From assembly GCF_001194135.2 (NCBI RefSeq), contig NC_068990.1:40444514-40508513 (forward strand): DNA of 64,000 nt, written 5' to 3'. Under the pieces are notes generated by a model that ran no database searches, had not been told where the DNA came from, and was given only the letters and a program-made list of their open reading frames with translations. Source of the DNA: Octopus bimaculoides (Eukaryota). The translations under genes were made by a program, and so were the position numbers. This document shows positions 39,659 through 51,643 of the stretch, in pieces. Each line of letters begins with the position of its first letter. The first letter of the stretch is position 1.

Positions 39659-39684
39659 AACAACAACAACAATAATAATAATAG

Positions 39685-39898
39685 TCCTTTCTACTATAGG
39701 CACAAGGACTGAAAGTTGGTGTGGGAGAGGATTAGTCGATTACATCAACCCCAGTATTCAACTGGTACTTGTTTTATAGACTCCGAAAAGATAAAAGGTA
39801 AAGTCGACCTCGGCGGAATTTGAACTCAGAACATGAAGTCAGATAAAATACCGTTAAGCATTTTGTCCGGCGTGCTAACGATTCTACAAGCTTGCCGA
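39685..39898 (-). mobile_element. SINE family B (a second, more decayed copy follows at about 39965-40120)
   Basis: tcctttctactataggcacaagg...ctggtacttg...aaagtcgacctcggcggaatttgaactcagaac...cgtgctaacgattctacaagcttgccg. Confidence 0.85.
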
Positions 39899-40267
39899 CA
39901 ATAATTCTTTCAAACTTTGGGATAAGGCCATTAATTCTGAGGGGTTAGGGTTAGGGTTAGGTTATGTCGATTTCGATTAAATAGAACCCAGTACTTATCT
40001 GGTACTTATTTAATCAACCTAGAGTGGAAGAAAGGCAAAGCTGACCTCAGCGGGGTTTGAACTGATAACATAAAGAATCGGAAGTGAAGTAATGCTGTTA
40101 ACGATTCTGTCAGTCACTGCTCTTTAATTACTGTCAATGACAACATTAACATCAACGCCATTAATAACAATAACGAAGAGGAAAGAGAGCAAAGAAAGGA
40201 GTCTTTAAGTTTTTGCTTGACCTGCAATAAATAGCAGGCAAAATCTCTTCCAGATATCATCTTACTC

Positions 40268-40674
40268 TCTCTTTACTCTTTTACTTGTTTCAGTCATTTG
40301 ACTGCGGCCATACTGGAGCACCACCTTTAGTCAAGAAAATCGACCCAGGACTTATTCTTTGGACGCCTAGTACTTATTCTATCAATCTCTTTTGCCGAAC
40401 CGCTTAGTTACGGGGACGTAAACACACCAGCATCGGTTGTCAAGCGATGTTGGGGAGACAAACACAGACACACAAACATATACACACACATACATATATA
40501 TACATATATACGACAGGCTTCTTTCAGTTTCCGTCTACCAAATCCACTCACAAGGCTTTGGTCGGCCCGAGGCTATAGTGGAAGGCCCCTGCCCAAGGTG
40601 CCACGGCAGTGGGAATGAACCTGGAAACATGTGGTTGGTAAGCAAGCTACTTACCACACAGCCACTCCTGCGCC
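40268..40674 (-). mobile_element. SINE family A, full length, CpG-retaining
   Basis: Reverse complement of the consensus, with most CpGs intact. Confidence 0.9.
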
Positions 40675-41243
40675 TATCTAAGATAAAGAAAGGACACTAA
40701 TTAACATATAAAAAACGGTCACGGCTGGAGCGATGTATGTTTACCTGAGCAGTGTTGATCTGCGGCTAAACAAGAAAAAAAGCTCATACAGGATCATTCG
40801 ATGTGTTTGAAATAGCTGTCAAATATACATCAAAATCATACACTCAAGCGTCTTAAATAATGAAAGGATATGGACAATGTAGCCACAGACACACTACTTA
40901 AAAGACATGATGGTCACAGCTGGAATGCCTATGATGATAAATCTATCCAATCAACAAAGACATGAGTAATAAGTTAATGTTGATGTAAGAAGGGGGATTT
41001 TAACAAACGAGGAATCAGCAGCTAACGGAAGCACACACACATTTTCCTTCGCAACATGTAAACGCTCATACGCACAGATACACGCACTTCGGATTAAAAC
41101 TGAAATTGTAAAATTAAGAAGAAACTTGTTGCCCCCCCCCCACTCCGTATACTAATGATCAAGTGTGATGTTATCAACAGTGTAGGTTATAAACGGGGCC
41201 CTGTAGTCTGTGATGTATTGGTAGATTATTATAGCGTCATTAG

Positions 41244-41459
41244 CCCTTTTGTTACCATATTTCTTTTGAGATGCTCTGTGTTTCTTTCAATTACTTTAAA
41301 TATAACAAAGAATTCAGTAAAATAACTTAGTTATCATTAGTGTTAGGAACATAAATTGTGACTAAGGTTTGGTGGAAGATTTTAGTTCAAAACTTATGAA
41401 AACAAGACATTTGTACTACAGAGCCAGAGGCGGTTTCGGCCGGGTTGGTATCAAAAGGG
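41244..41459. mobile_element. piggyBac-like MITE (216 bp) with TTAG duplication
   Basis: TIRs CCCTTTTGTTACCA / TGGTATCAAAAGGG (13 of 14 match). TTAG at 41240-41243 and 41460-41463. Confidence 0.8.
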
Positions 41460-42059
41460 TTAGTGCAGTTATGTGTAGTCTGAGTTGACTCCTAGTGATG
41501 TGCTGATATAGAGACCAGCTACCTAAGGAATTATTACTACTCACAAGTCCAGATACGGGAGAAAATAATGTCTAGCTACCTCAAGGAAACACATCGCGTC
41601 CGGTTTCCTGAAGAACAATAACAAAATAACGAGTCAACGAAGGCGCCTGTACGAAGTCATTTGACATATTAGAAATAGCAACACTATCGCCTTCAAATCA
41701 CATCCTACAGTCTTTTAAATGGGGAATGACATTGAACAAAGTAACTGAAAATAAATGAGGTGATCACAGTAGAAATGCCTGTGACACAGGTTTGTCCGAA
41801 CACAAGCGATTAAGAGAGTGTTCATCCATTATTAGGTTAGTTACATGCGTAAAGAAGCATGTAAAAACTTTCCATGCGAGTGACTCAGGCAAGGAAAGGC
41901 TGTTTTTTTTCTTTTTCCACATTTGAGGACATTTTATGATTTAGTTTCAATTGACAACACCACTACTACGACCAATACTGCAGTAAATAAAATTTACTAC
42001 CACTCCTACAGTAATAGTTAACCAACAACACTTACAACTTTTATACTATCATCATCACT

Positions 42060-42400
42060 ACAACTTTAGTACACACCAGCGCCCACTTCTACTCTAAACT
42101 ATTACTACCATCACCACAACCACCGGAGCAGCAGCAACAGCATCTCCGAGAACGTGTCATTCATGAAAATGAACAGCAGTACTATCCAAGCATGTGCGTG
42201 TGTGTGTGTGTCAATGGGGGGGGGGCAGACAGAAAGGAAGAAAGAGAGAGAAAAAATATAGTGGGGGGTAGCGAGCGCGCGCGAGCAGGCAGTCGGCAAG
42301 TGGAGCGAACACACAGACACAACGAAGACAACGAGCGAAAGCCAGTAGAAGACTTCATCTCCACTTACTGTATATAAAAGCATGCACACACACAAACACG
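42060..42400. promoter_or_regulatory. CpG-rich putative promoter / unmethylated region; gene and direction unknown
   Basis: About 16 CpGs in ~340 bp by hand count, including gcgagcgcgcgcgag, versus only a handful per 2 kb in unique DNA around 14-16 kb. I cannot assign it to any repeat family in the window. Confidence 0.4.
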
Positions 42401-42790
42401 TATATATATTGTTAGATATATATACATATACATACTGCATAAATATATACTATACGAAGAGAAGATGGATTCAACATGCCTTTTTATTATTCTTAATTCT
42501 TGTATGTATGTATGTATGCCAAAAAACCAGTAATATCTTCGGGTCTCCTATGTTTAAAGAATTGTAGGTAACGAGTCAACGTTGTTTTTGTTTTTGTGGT
42601 GGTAGGAGGCACTTCCCTTTCGTTAATTTTTCAGTTTTGTCTTCCTTTTGAACATTTCTTTTTTTTTAATATATAAGATTATGGTTCTTCAAATTTCTGC
42701 GCTGCGTAAATCTGAAATTATTTTACCAAAAAGCTAAAAATATAAATTTCCAGAAAGAGAGAGACATATAACTCTTCTTTTTTTTTTTTT

Positions 42791-42835
<45 letters not shown>

Positions 42836-43054
42836 CCCTCTTTCTCATTCCTTTACCCTCCCCCTTTCTCAGTCCATTCACTTTGCAGACTCATACTCAA
42901 CATATTCGATCCGAAGAAATTACTGTTTTGGGGGCGCGCTAAATAATTTCCGAATCTTTTCTACGGCGTTCCAAAAGACTAGAATCGAAAAACTATCCAA
43001 TGGGCCAACCGAAATTTCTTCATATGTGAGGGCATGTTGGTTAGGATTCAGAAA

Positions 43055-43094
<40 letters not shown>

Positions 43095-43808
43095 GGAGAA
43101 GNNNNNNNNNNNNNNNNNNNNNNNNNNNNNNNNNNNNNNNNNNNNNNNNNNNNNNNNNNNNNNNNNNNNNNNNNNNNNNNNNNNNNNNNNNNNNNNNNNN
43201 NNNNNNNNNNNNNNNNNNNNNNNNNNNNNNNNNNNNNNNNNNNNNNNNNNNNNNNNNNNNNNNNNNNNNNNNNNNNNNNNNNNNNNNNNNNNNNNNNNNN
43301 NNNNNNNNNNNNNNNNNNNNNNNNNNNNNNNNNNNNNNNNNNNNNNNNNNNNNNNNNNNNNNNNNNNNNNNNNNNNNNNNNNNNNNNNNNNNNNNNNNNN
43401 NNNNNNNNNNNNNNNNNNNNNNNNNNNNNNNNNNNNNNNNNNNNNNNNNNNNNNNNNNNNNNNNNNNNNNNNNNNNNNNNNNNNNNNNNNNNNNNNNNNN
43501 NNNNNNNNNNNNNNNNNNNNNNNNNNNNNNNNNNNNNNNNNNNNNNNNNNNNNNNNNNNNNNNNNNNNNNNNNNNNNNNNNNNNNNNNNNNNNNNNNNNN
43601 NNNNNNNNNNNNNNNNNNNNNNNNNNNNNNNNNNNNNNNNNNNNNNNNNNNNNNNNNNNNNNNNNNNNNNNNNNNNNNNNNNNNNNNNNNNNNNNNNNNN
43701 NNNNNNNNNNNNNNNNNNNNNNNNNNNNNNNNNNNNNNNNNNNNNNNNNNNNNNNNNNNNNNNNNNNNNNNNNNNNNNNNNNNNNNNNNNNNNNNNNNNN
43801 NNNACATG

Positions 43809-43848
<40 letters not shown>

Positions 43849-43860
43849 TATATGCATGCC

Positions 43861-43939
<79 letters not shown>

Positions 43940-44633
43940 ACTCGGGGATGGTCATATTGCCAGTTTAGCCAATATTATATATATAATAATAATACAAATA
44001 ATATGTGAGTATTTGCATATATACATACATGTATGTACATACCTACATCTACATGTATATATAGATGCATATCTGGGTACAGGACACATACATATATGTA
44101 TGAATGTATATGTATATATATATATATATATNNNNNNNNNNNNNNNNNNNNNNNNNNNNNNNNNNNNNNNNNNNNNNNNNNNNNNNNNNNNNNNNNNNNN
44201 NNNNNNNNNNNNNNNNNNNNNNNNNNNNNNNNNNNNNNNNNNNNNNNNNNNNNNNNNNNNNNNNNNNNNNNNNNNNNNNNNNNNNNNNNNNNNNNNNNNN
44301 NNNNNNNNNNNNNNNNNNNNNNNNNNNNNNNNNNNNNNNNNNNNNNNNNNNNNNNNNNNNNNNNNNNNNNNNNNNNNNNNNNNNNNNNNNNNNNNNNNNN
44401 NNNNNNNNNATATATATAGTTTAAAGATCCAATAGAAGTAAGAATCAACAAAAAATGTACTCCAGCCAGTGAGAGATAAATACACAACCAGAGGAGCTAA
44501 AACAGAGTTTGAATGATTGCTTTAAGATAGCGTATTTTATGAATGTGCCTGTTCAGTTATCGTAAAAGTATGAAATTGTAAGTAACTCTTTTAGTTGCGT
44601 ATTCAAATTGATATATATTTATATAAATATATA

Positions 44634-44683
<50 letters not shown>

Positions 44684-44714
44684 CACACACACACATATAT
44701 ATATATACACACAT

Positions 44715-45590
44715 AATCATGTTTTAAAATTTGTCTTCACTGCTCACATGGACTGGGTTGTATGACAGGATCCAATGATCTGTGCTGAACACCAATGTTT
44801 CCTTCAGCATAGTCTTGGGTTGGATGCCCATCCTAATGCAAGGACTTTACAGAGTGTACTGAGTGCATTTTTCTTTTTTTTTTCTTTGTGTGTGATACGA
44901 GTACTAATGAGTTTATCAACAAACTCACAAGACAAAAAAAATGTCCCCTTGATCAAGTGAAGTTATAGTAGAGAAAAAAGTGTCTTTATCCCAGGTGTTG
45001 AGAGGTCAAAGTACAACAGAGGGACAGGCATAGAGGTCTTGCTATAGAGATGAGATACATGGTGACTGCACATTATGTAAGGGTGGTTGAGGTAGCTGGA
45101 AAAAAAAGGCAATGAGGTGATGAGGTATCAGAGCAGATTCTCAAGATACAATAAGGTTGAGTATAAGAAAAGATATAAACAAACCATAGGGAAGAGTAGG
45201 TGGATAAATTCGTTAGAATTTGAGAGTAACATGACAGATGGTCTGAGATCGGTATAATGCTACTGATGGTAAATATCAGTATTGGGCAAGTGTGGTAGTG
45301 GGTGGGTGGGTGGATTGGAGTAGCTCAGAAAGAAGAATGTGATAAGTGGCTGTACAAGAATGGTGTGAAGAGCTGCAGTATTAAAGAACATGTAGATGGA
45401 CCAGAAATAGGCTGATGATGTTCACAATGGGGGTGAAGAGTGGGTGGACAGAATAAAGTTTTTGAGGTAATCCCAATAATCAAGTTCTGATTATTGAGAT
45501 CAGTAGTTGTAGTGCTTCAATTCTCATGATGTTTTGTTTTGTGGAGGGAGACCACAGTGGGTGACAGGGCTGTCAAAGCAGCATTATAGG
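44715..45590 (-). mobile_element. Family E2: RTE-type tail joined to a pyrimidine-rich body with a possible decayed APE endonuclease motif
   Basis: Tail at 44715-44950 (ttggatgcccatcctaatgc...acagagtgtactgagtgca). The body on the minus strand reads PTHYHTCPILIFTISSIIPISDHLS (cf. PTH..G..LDLIFT...SDH). Confidence 0.5.
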
Positions 45591-46571
45591 CTGTCGGGTA
45601 AATCAGTGCAATGGGCATATAGTATTTATTGGATCTAGCGTTTTCTCATTCACAAAATATGCATTTTTTAAAAAGAAGAAAAACATCTGAAAATTGGCTA
45701 TAATTATGTAACATTCCAGTCTTATTGCTTTGAAGGTATGATGTTGTAGAGAAAAAAATTGGAGGAAAAAGTTACAGAGGTTTAAAAATTGAAAAAAAAA
45801 TGTATTTTGAGCCAATAGCGAGACAGAAATTTTTTGCACTTAGCAGAGCGGTGTCAACTTTAAGGTTGTACCATGTGAAATTTATAGTTTAGTGTCTGAC
45901 CTGTTCATTGTAGGTTTCTAATTAAACAGATATACCTAATAAAATCAACATGTATCATCTTACTGTTTCTTTTGTCTCTTCATTGATTGTATTTTTTAAT
46001 TATTTTCAAAATTTGTTATATTAATATATTTGTCAGCATGTGTTTACTTTATGCGTATTTCAGTATTATGTATACCTGTCATATATTTGTGTACACCATT
46101 AATATATAAGTGTGTGTGTGTGAAAAGGGGGTGTCTGTCTCCAAACCTCCAAAGTTGAGTAATGTTTTCATGCTTGGATTTGTAACCTACGATAAGAATA
46201 ACACTGGTCAACAAAGAATTTGTCTCAAGGAAAAGAATACCTGCATCTTATTTGCTTTTGCATGCAGAATTCAAAAATAACGTCAAATTATCTGTATCAC
46301 TCACAAGTTTCTCTGTTTGACGATATCCCTCTCAGTTCCTGTTACGTGGGTTAAATATCAGCTAAGCTGTTGAAATGTGAAGCTAACGGTTTAAGAAATA
46401 CTCCTAATTTAAATTTTCATGAATAGAATTAACCTAATGAAATCATAAATCCAGCTATCTGAGTCATTGTGTCCCCAGAAATATACGAAATGAAAAATAT
46501 ATAAAAATACAAACACAGAAGCACATGAGAAAAATTAACATAGACAACTGTGAACCACAACTCAGCGTGCA

Positions 46572-46585
46572 GTTGTCATGGTAAC
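46572..46585. promoter_or_regulatory. RFX X-box motif GTTGTCATGGTAAC
   Basis: Matches GTHNYY-AT-RRNAAC and is near-palindromic like GTTGCCATGGCAAC. It lies in non-repeat DNA with locally more CpG. Confidence 0.45.
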
Positions 46586-46789
46586 AAGTTGTTAATGCCA
46601 CGTTGTCTGTTGATTAGCTAAAATTACCCAAACTTCCCAACTTTAATTCCAAATAACATCAGATTCTTTAATTTACGAGATAAAGTAATTGGTTGATCGT
46701 AATCAAAATTCAGAGTTGTATCGATACACCAAAATTGAAAGCAATCTGAGCAAAATTAAGTGGGGGCTCATTTTACGAATGAGAAAGAC

Positions 46790-47040
46790 TAGATCCTCTC
46801 TATTTATTGATAGCAAGTCACATCATACACAGGTCAGAATTAGGCCCTGTGAAACTGTCAGGTGTGCCTTAAAGATGGCACTGATGGGCAGCGGTATCTG
46901 AGATGAGACCTGACAAATGTAGAGAAAAGAAGGGTAATAGTATCAAAGTCTCTGGATGGGAAAGATCTAAGGATCTATGGGCCATATTGACATTATTCTT
47001 GATGCATTCACTCCATCCTAGATTGTTGTTTGCAGTATTT
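46790..47040 (-). mobile_element. Decayed CR1/L2-type RT C-terminal fragment
   Basis: Minus strand reads LGWSECIKNNVNMAHRS, then after a frameshift SFPSRDFDTITLLFSTFVRSHLRY (cf. WSxHI..V.KA...RSF..RD....LF.TFVRPHLEY). Confidence 0.65.
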
Positions 47041-47253
47041 AATGCTATAAGAAGCTCTCCTCGAACACATATTATGTGTGTGTGTGTGGTACTTTTTTAT
47101 GTTAAATCAGGCAGGAAGAAAGAAGAATTATGATGAAGATTTAAAAATGGGAAACATGAACTGTGATGGTTCCTGCTATTTATGGGTATTTTAGAACAGG
47201 ATGTGATGCTATTCTAACTGAAGGAATGAAATAAGGGAACAATAGACCTACCA

Positions 47254-47301
<48 letters not shown>

Positions 47302-48334
47302 CAAAAAACAAAGTTCTTCAAATGAAACAAAGAACTCTATATCAATAAACCCTGTCACCACCCACCTTCATCCCTCTGCCTAATTAAAACACTGTTTACT
47401 GATATAAAAAAAATATAGGAGAAAAGCAGGAGGAGCAGAAGTAATGTATGAAAATTTGAAGCCTTAAATTTTGTTGTTGGCTATTATGATGACTGGGGAC
47501 TATGATAAACACCACCTCCTCCATTACTGNNNNNNNNNNNNNNNNNNNNNNNNNNNNNNNNNNNNNNNNNNNNNNNNNNNNNNNNNNNNNNNNNNNNNNN
47601 NNNNNNNNNNNNNNNNNNNNNNNNNNNNNNNNNNNNNNNNNNNNNNNNNNNNNNNNNNNNNNNNNNNNNNNNNNNNNNNNNNNNNNNNNNNNNNNNNNNN
47701 NNNNNNNNNNNNNNNNNNNNNNNNNNNNNNNNNNNNNNNNNNNNNNNNNNNNNNNNNNNNNNNNNNNNNNNNNNNNNNNNNNNNNNNNNNNNNNNNNNNN
47801 NNNNNNNNNNNNNNNNNNNNNNNNNNNNNNNNNNNNNNNNNNNNNNNNNNNNNNNNNNNNNNNNNNNNNNNNNNNNNNNNNNNNNNNNNNNNNNNNNNNN
47901 NNNNNNNNNNNNNNNNNNNNNNNNNNNNNNNNNNNNNNNNNNNNNNNNNNNNNNNNNNNNNNNNNNNNNNNNNNNNNNNNNNNTCTTAAGATCCCAAAAT
48001 ATGACAAAAGAAAAATGAAAACGGCCCAGGAGGGGAAAAAAATGCACCGACAAATAAAACACTAAATAATAAACGTTGTCAATTAAATTTATCTTAAACG
48101 ATAGCAAACATACTACAACAAAAACTGTACCATTAGAAAAAAAAAATACCATTAAACCTCAAACAAGTAGATAAAAAGTATAGAAATCCATCACATACAG
48201 GCCAAGTGTTCACAACAGAATTTAAATATTGGATGATAAAAATTACAACTGGTACATAATTGGAATATAATGTGTGTGAGTTTAAAGTATGGAAATACTA
48301 TTTAAAGTGTGTGTGTGTTTTCATATTATCACCA

Positions 48335-48505
48335 TTCACCATCATCATGTAATGTCCGTTTTTCCATGCTGCCATGGGTTGGGTGGTCTGACAGAAGTTA
48401 GTGAGCCAGTGGCCAGTGCCAAGCTCTACTGTCTGTGTTGCCATGGTTTCTACGGCAGGATGCCCTTCCTAAGGCCAACCACTTTACAGAGTGTACTAGG
48501 TGCAT
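48335..48505 (-). mobile_element. RTE-type 3' tail
   Basis: catcatcatgtaatgtccgtttttccatgctgccatggg...ggatgcccttcctaaggccaaccactttacagagtgtac. Confidence 0.75.
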
Positions 48506-48549
48506 TCTATATATATATATATATATGTATACATATGTCGCCATGATAG

Positions 48550-48740
48550 ATAGCTGACCACAACATTCAAATTCTTTTTCTCCGTGTTTTTCTCCTTGTT
48601 TTTCTCCTTATTCTTTCTGTTGAAGAGCCTAGGGTCGAAACGTTAAAGATTTTCGCTATTCCCAAGCATTAAACTAATACATCCTTTTGTTGTTTACACC
48701 ACCTCTCCTCGCCTGTTGTTTTTTTCGTAAATTCTCCCAT
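48550..48740 (+). mobile_element. Family G non-autonomous repeat with hammerhead-like motif (48612-48649)
   Basis: TCTTT-CTGTTGA-A-GAGC-CTAG-GGTC-GAAAC-GTT-AAAGA. Flanks are homologous to the copies at 27392 and 53788. Confidence 0.75.
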
Positions 48741-48928
48741 ATATATATATATATATATATANNNNNNNNNNNNNNNNNNNNNNNNNNNNNNNNNNNNNNN
48801 NNNNNNNNNNNNNNNNNNNNNNNNNNNNNNNNNNNNNNNNNNNNNNNNNNNNNNNNNNNNNNNNNNNNNNNNNNNNNNNNNNNNNNNNTGCCAGCTCGAC
48901 GCCTTATATATATATGTGTGTGTGTGTG

Positions 48929-49160
48929 TTATTTCTTTACTACCCACAAGGGGCTACACACAGAGGGGACAAACAAGGACAGACAAATGGATTAAGTCGA
49001 TTATATCGACTCCAGTGCGTAACTGGTACTTATTTAATCGACCCCGAAAGGATGAAAGGCAAAGTCGACCTCAGCGGAATTTGAACTCAGAACATAGCGG
49101 CAGACGAAATACCGCTAAGCATTTCGCCCGGCGTGCTAACGTTTCTGCCAGCTCGACGCC
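48929..49160 (-). mobile_element. SINE family B, same subfamily as 33073-33302
   Basis: Near-identical to the 33073 copy, including the tail gttatttctttact.cccacaaggggctacacacagagggg. Confidence 0.9.
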
Positions 49161-49187
49161 TTATATATATATGTGTGTGTGTGTAGT

Positions 49188-49232
<45 letters not shown>

Positions 49233-49479
49233 TCTTTAGAAAATTTGAGCAGGGAAGCTAGCTAACAACACCTTTTCTACAAAAAATTTCCCAAAGGAGG
49301 GGTCCTAACTATGAAATAGTGGAACACCATGTAAAGTTATTAACCATTGACCTCCCTTATTAATTTTTTATAACTTGCATTAATTGAGCTTACAAAAAAT
49401 TTTAAAAAATAAAACAATAAAACTTTTACACATGTATGGGTGTAACACTGTATGTATATATATATATATATATATATGT

Positions 49480-49640
49480 GTGTGGCTTGCTTGTTTGTTG
49501 TGCCTTGTTTATCATTTTGTCCATGTTCTTTTGCCACGTCATGTACCCAGTTTTGTATCTATATGTACATGTAGATGAAGGTATGTACATACATGTACAT
49601 ATATATGCATATACTCATATATTGTTTATATATGTATATG
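49480..49640 (+). repeat. Unclassified interspersed repeat family J (other copies 53995-54135 on + and about 43935-44100 on -)
   Basis: Shared gtggc.tgc.tg...ccttgtttatcattttgtc.atgtt...cgtcatgtacccag.t.tgtatctatatgtacatgtaga.gaaggtatg.acatacatgtacatat. Confidence 0.75.
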
Positions 49641-50565
49641 AGTATGTGTATGTGTGTGTGTGTATAGGCTGAGATTTAAAAGCTATAAAGAAATAGAAAT
49701 ACAGCAAGATAGCTGAAACTGAGATAGAGAGAAAAAGGGATAGAAAGAAAGAGAAAGAGAATAAGAGGGAATGACACGGAAAGAAAAACAGTGAGTAAAA
49801 GAAGAAATACATATATATATTGGAAATGAATGCAGAGCTGGCCATATGTTGTTCAGCATGTATTTGTGCAGGCACACACACATGCACACACAGGCATACT
49901 CCAGCAGGCTGTATGAGGTTATATGTATGTATGTATGTATGTACGTACGTGCACTGTCCACTATGATTATACAGTGTAGTGGACAGCACTATGCTATATA
50001 TTATATCATACACTATAAGTCAACTTGCAGATTAGTAGAAAACCAACTATATGACAATTTAACAACTACAGCAAAAAACTTAAAGACTGAGACACACACG
50101 CACATGTATATATATATATATATATATATNNNNNNNNNNNNNNNNNNNNNNNNNNNNNNNNNNNNNNNNNNNNNNNNNNNNNNNNNNNNNNNNNNNNNNN
50201 NNNNNNNNNNNNNNNNNNNNNNNNNNNNNNNNNNNNNNNNNNNNNNNNNNNNNNNNNNNNNNNNNNNNNNNNNNNNNNNNNNNNNNNNNNNNNNNNNNNN
50301 NNNNNNNNNNNNNNNNNNNNNNNNNNNNNNNNNNNNNNNNNNNNNNNNNNNNNNNNNNNNNNNNNNNNNNNNNNNNNNNNNNNNNNNNNNNNNNNNNNNN
50401 NNNNNNNNNNNNNNNNNNNNNNNNNNNNNNNNNNNNNNNNNNNNNNNNNNNNNNNNNNNNNNNNNNNNNNNNNNNNNNNNNNNNNNNNNNNNNNNNNNNN
50501 NNNNNNNNNNNNNNNNNNNNNNNNNNNNNNNNNNNNNNNNNNNNNNNNNNNNNNNNNNNNNNNNN

Positions 50566-50608
<43 letters not shown>

Positions 50609-51324
50609 TATATAAATACACATATATATATATATATATATATCATATAGAGATATATCTATATATTATATATAAATAAAAATATATATATATATAATAT
50701 ATAAATGAAAAAAAAAAAAATATATATATATAATATATGTATATATATAAATATATAATATATATAAATATATAATATATATAAATATGTATATAATATA
50801 AACACATATATACATACTTTTATTGTTTTATTCTTTTACTTTTTTCAGTCATTTGACTGCAGTCATGCTGGAGCACCACCATTAGTGGAATAAATCGACC
50901 ATAGGACTTATTCTTTGTAAGCCTGGTACTTATTTCATTGGTTTCTTTTGCAGAACCGCTAAGTTACAGAAATGTAACCACACCATAGATATATATATAT
51001 ATATATATTCAATTCGAAGAACAAACAATAAAAAAAAAAACAAGAGAGAATAGAAAAAACAATGAACATGAGGACATGCGCAAGCAATATATTCATTTGA
51101 TACTCAGTGAAGAAAAGAGAGTTGTTAACGTTCCGAGGATAGCTCTTCGTTGGAAAGCGGAAAGTCCAAAGAGAAAGAAGGGAAAATAAGGAGAAACTGC
51201 CAACAATCCATGTGTGGTCACACATATACATACATAACTATATATATATACACATATATAGATATATATATACCCACACACTCACAAAGATAAATGTACA
51301 TAACTACATCAATTCATATATGCA

Positions 51325-51360
<36 letters not shown>

Positions 51361-51643
51361 TATATTTATATGAATGTATATGCATATACATATATACACA
51401 CACACACACGCACACATATATATGCATAATGTTTATGTTTTTGTAACTTAGCAATTTGTGCAAAGACACTGATAGAATAACTATCAACCATTTAGTTGCA
51501 ATCTAATAACTCAAATAAGTAAAAGAAAGTTTAAAGTTGCATGTATGTGTGTATATATATATATATGGTTATGCATGTATATATGTGTATGCACATATAT
51601 ATACATGTATATCTGTGTGTGTGTGTGTATACACACATATACA

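Noticed and set aside
39942-39964. Telomere-like GGGTTAGGGTTAGGGTTAGGTTA
   Set aside because: Only two perfect units plus a partial one, between SINE fragments; too short to call an interstitial telomere.
42650-43101. Possible Helentron-associated or other DNA-element end before a large gap
   Set aside because: The diagnostic terminus would lie in the N gap, and there is a single occurrence in the window.
48889-49183. Apparent head-to-tail tandem of family B SINEs (identical ~39 bp at 48889 and 49146)
   Set aside because: The first copy starts at a gap edge, so it cannot be distinguished from an assembly artefact.
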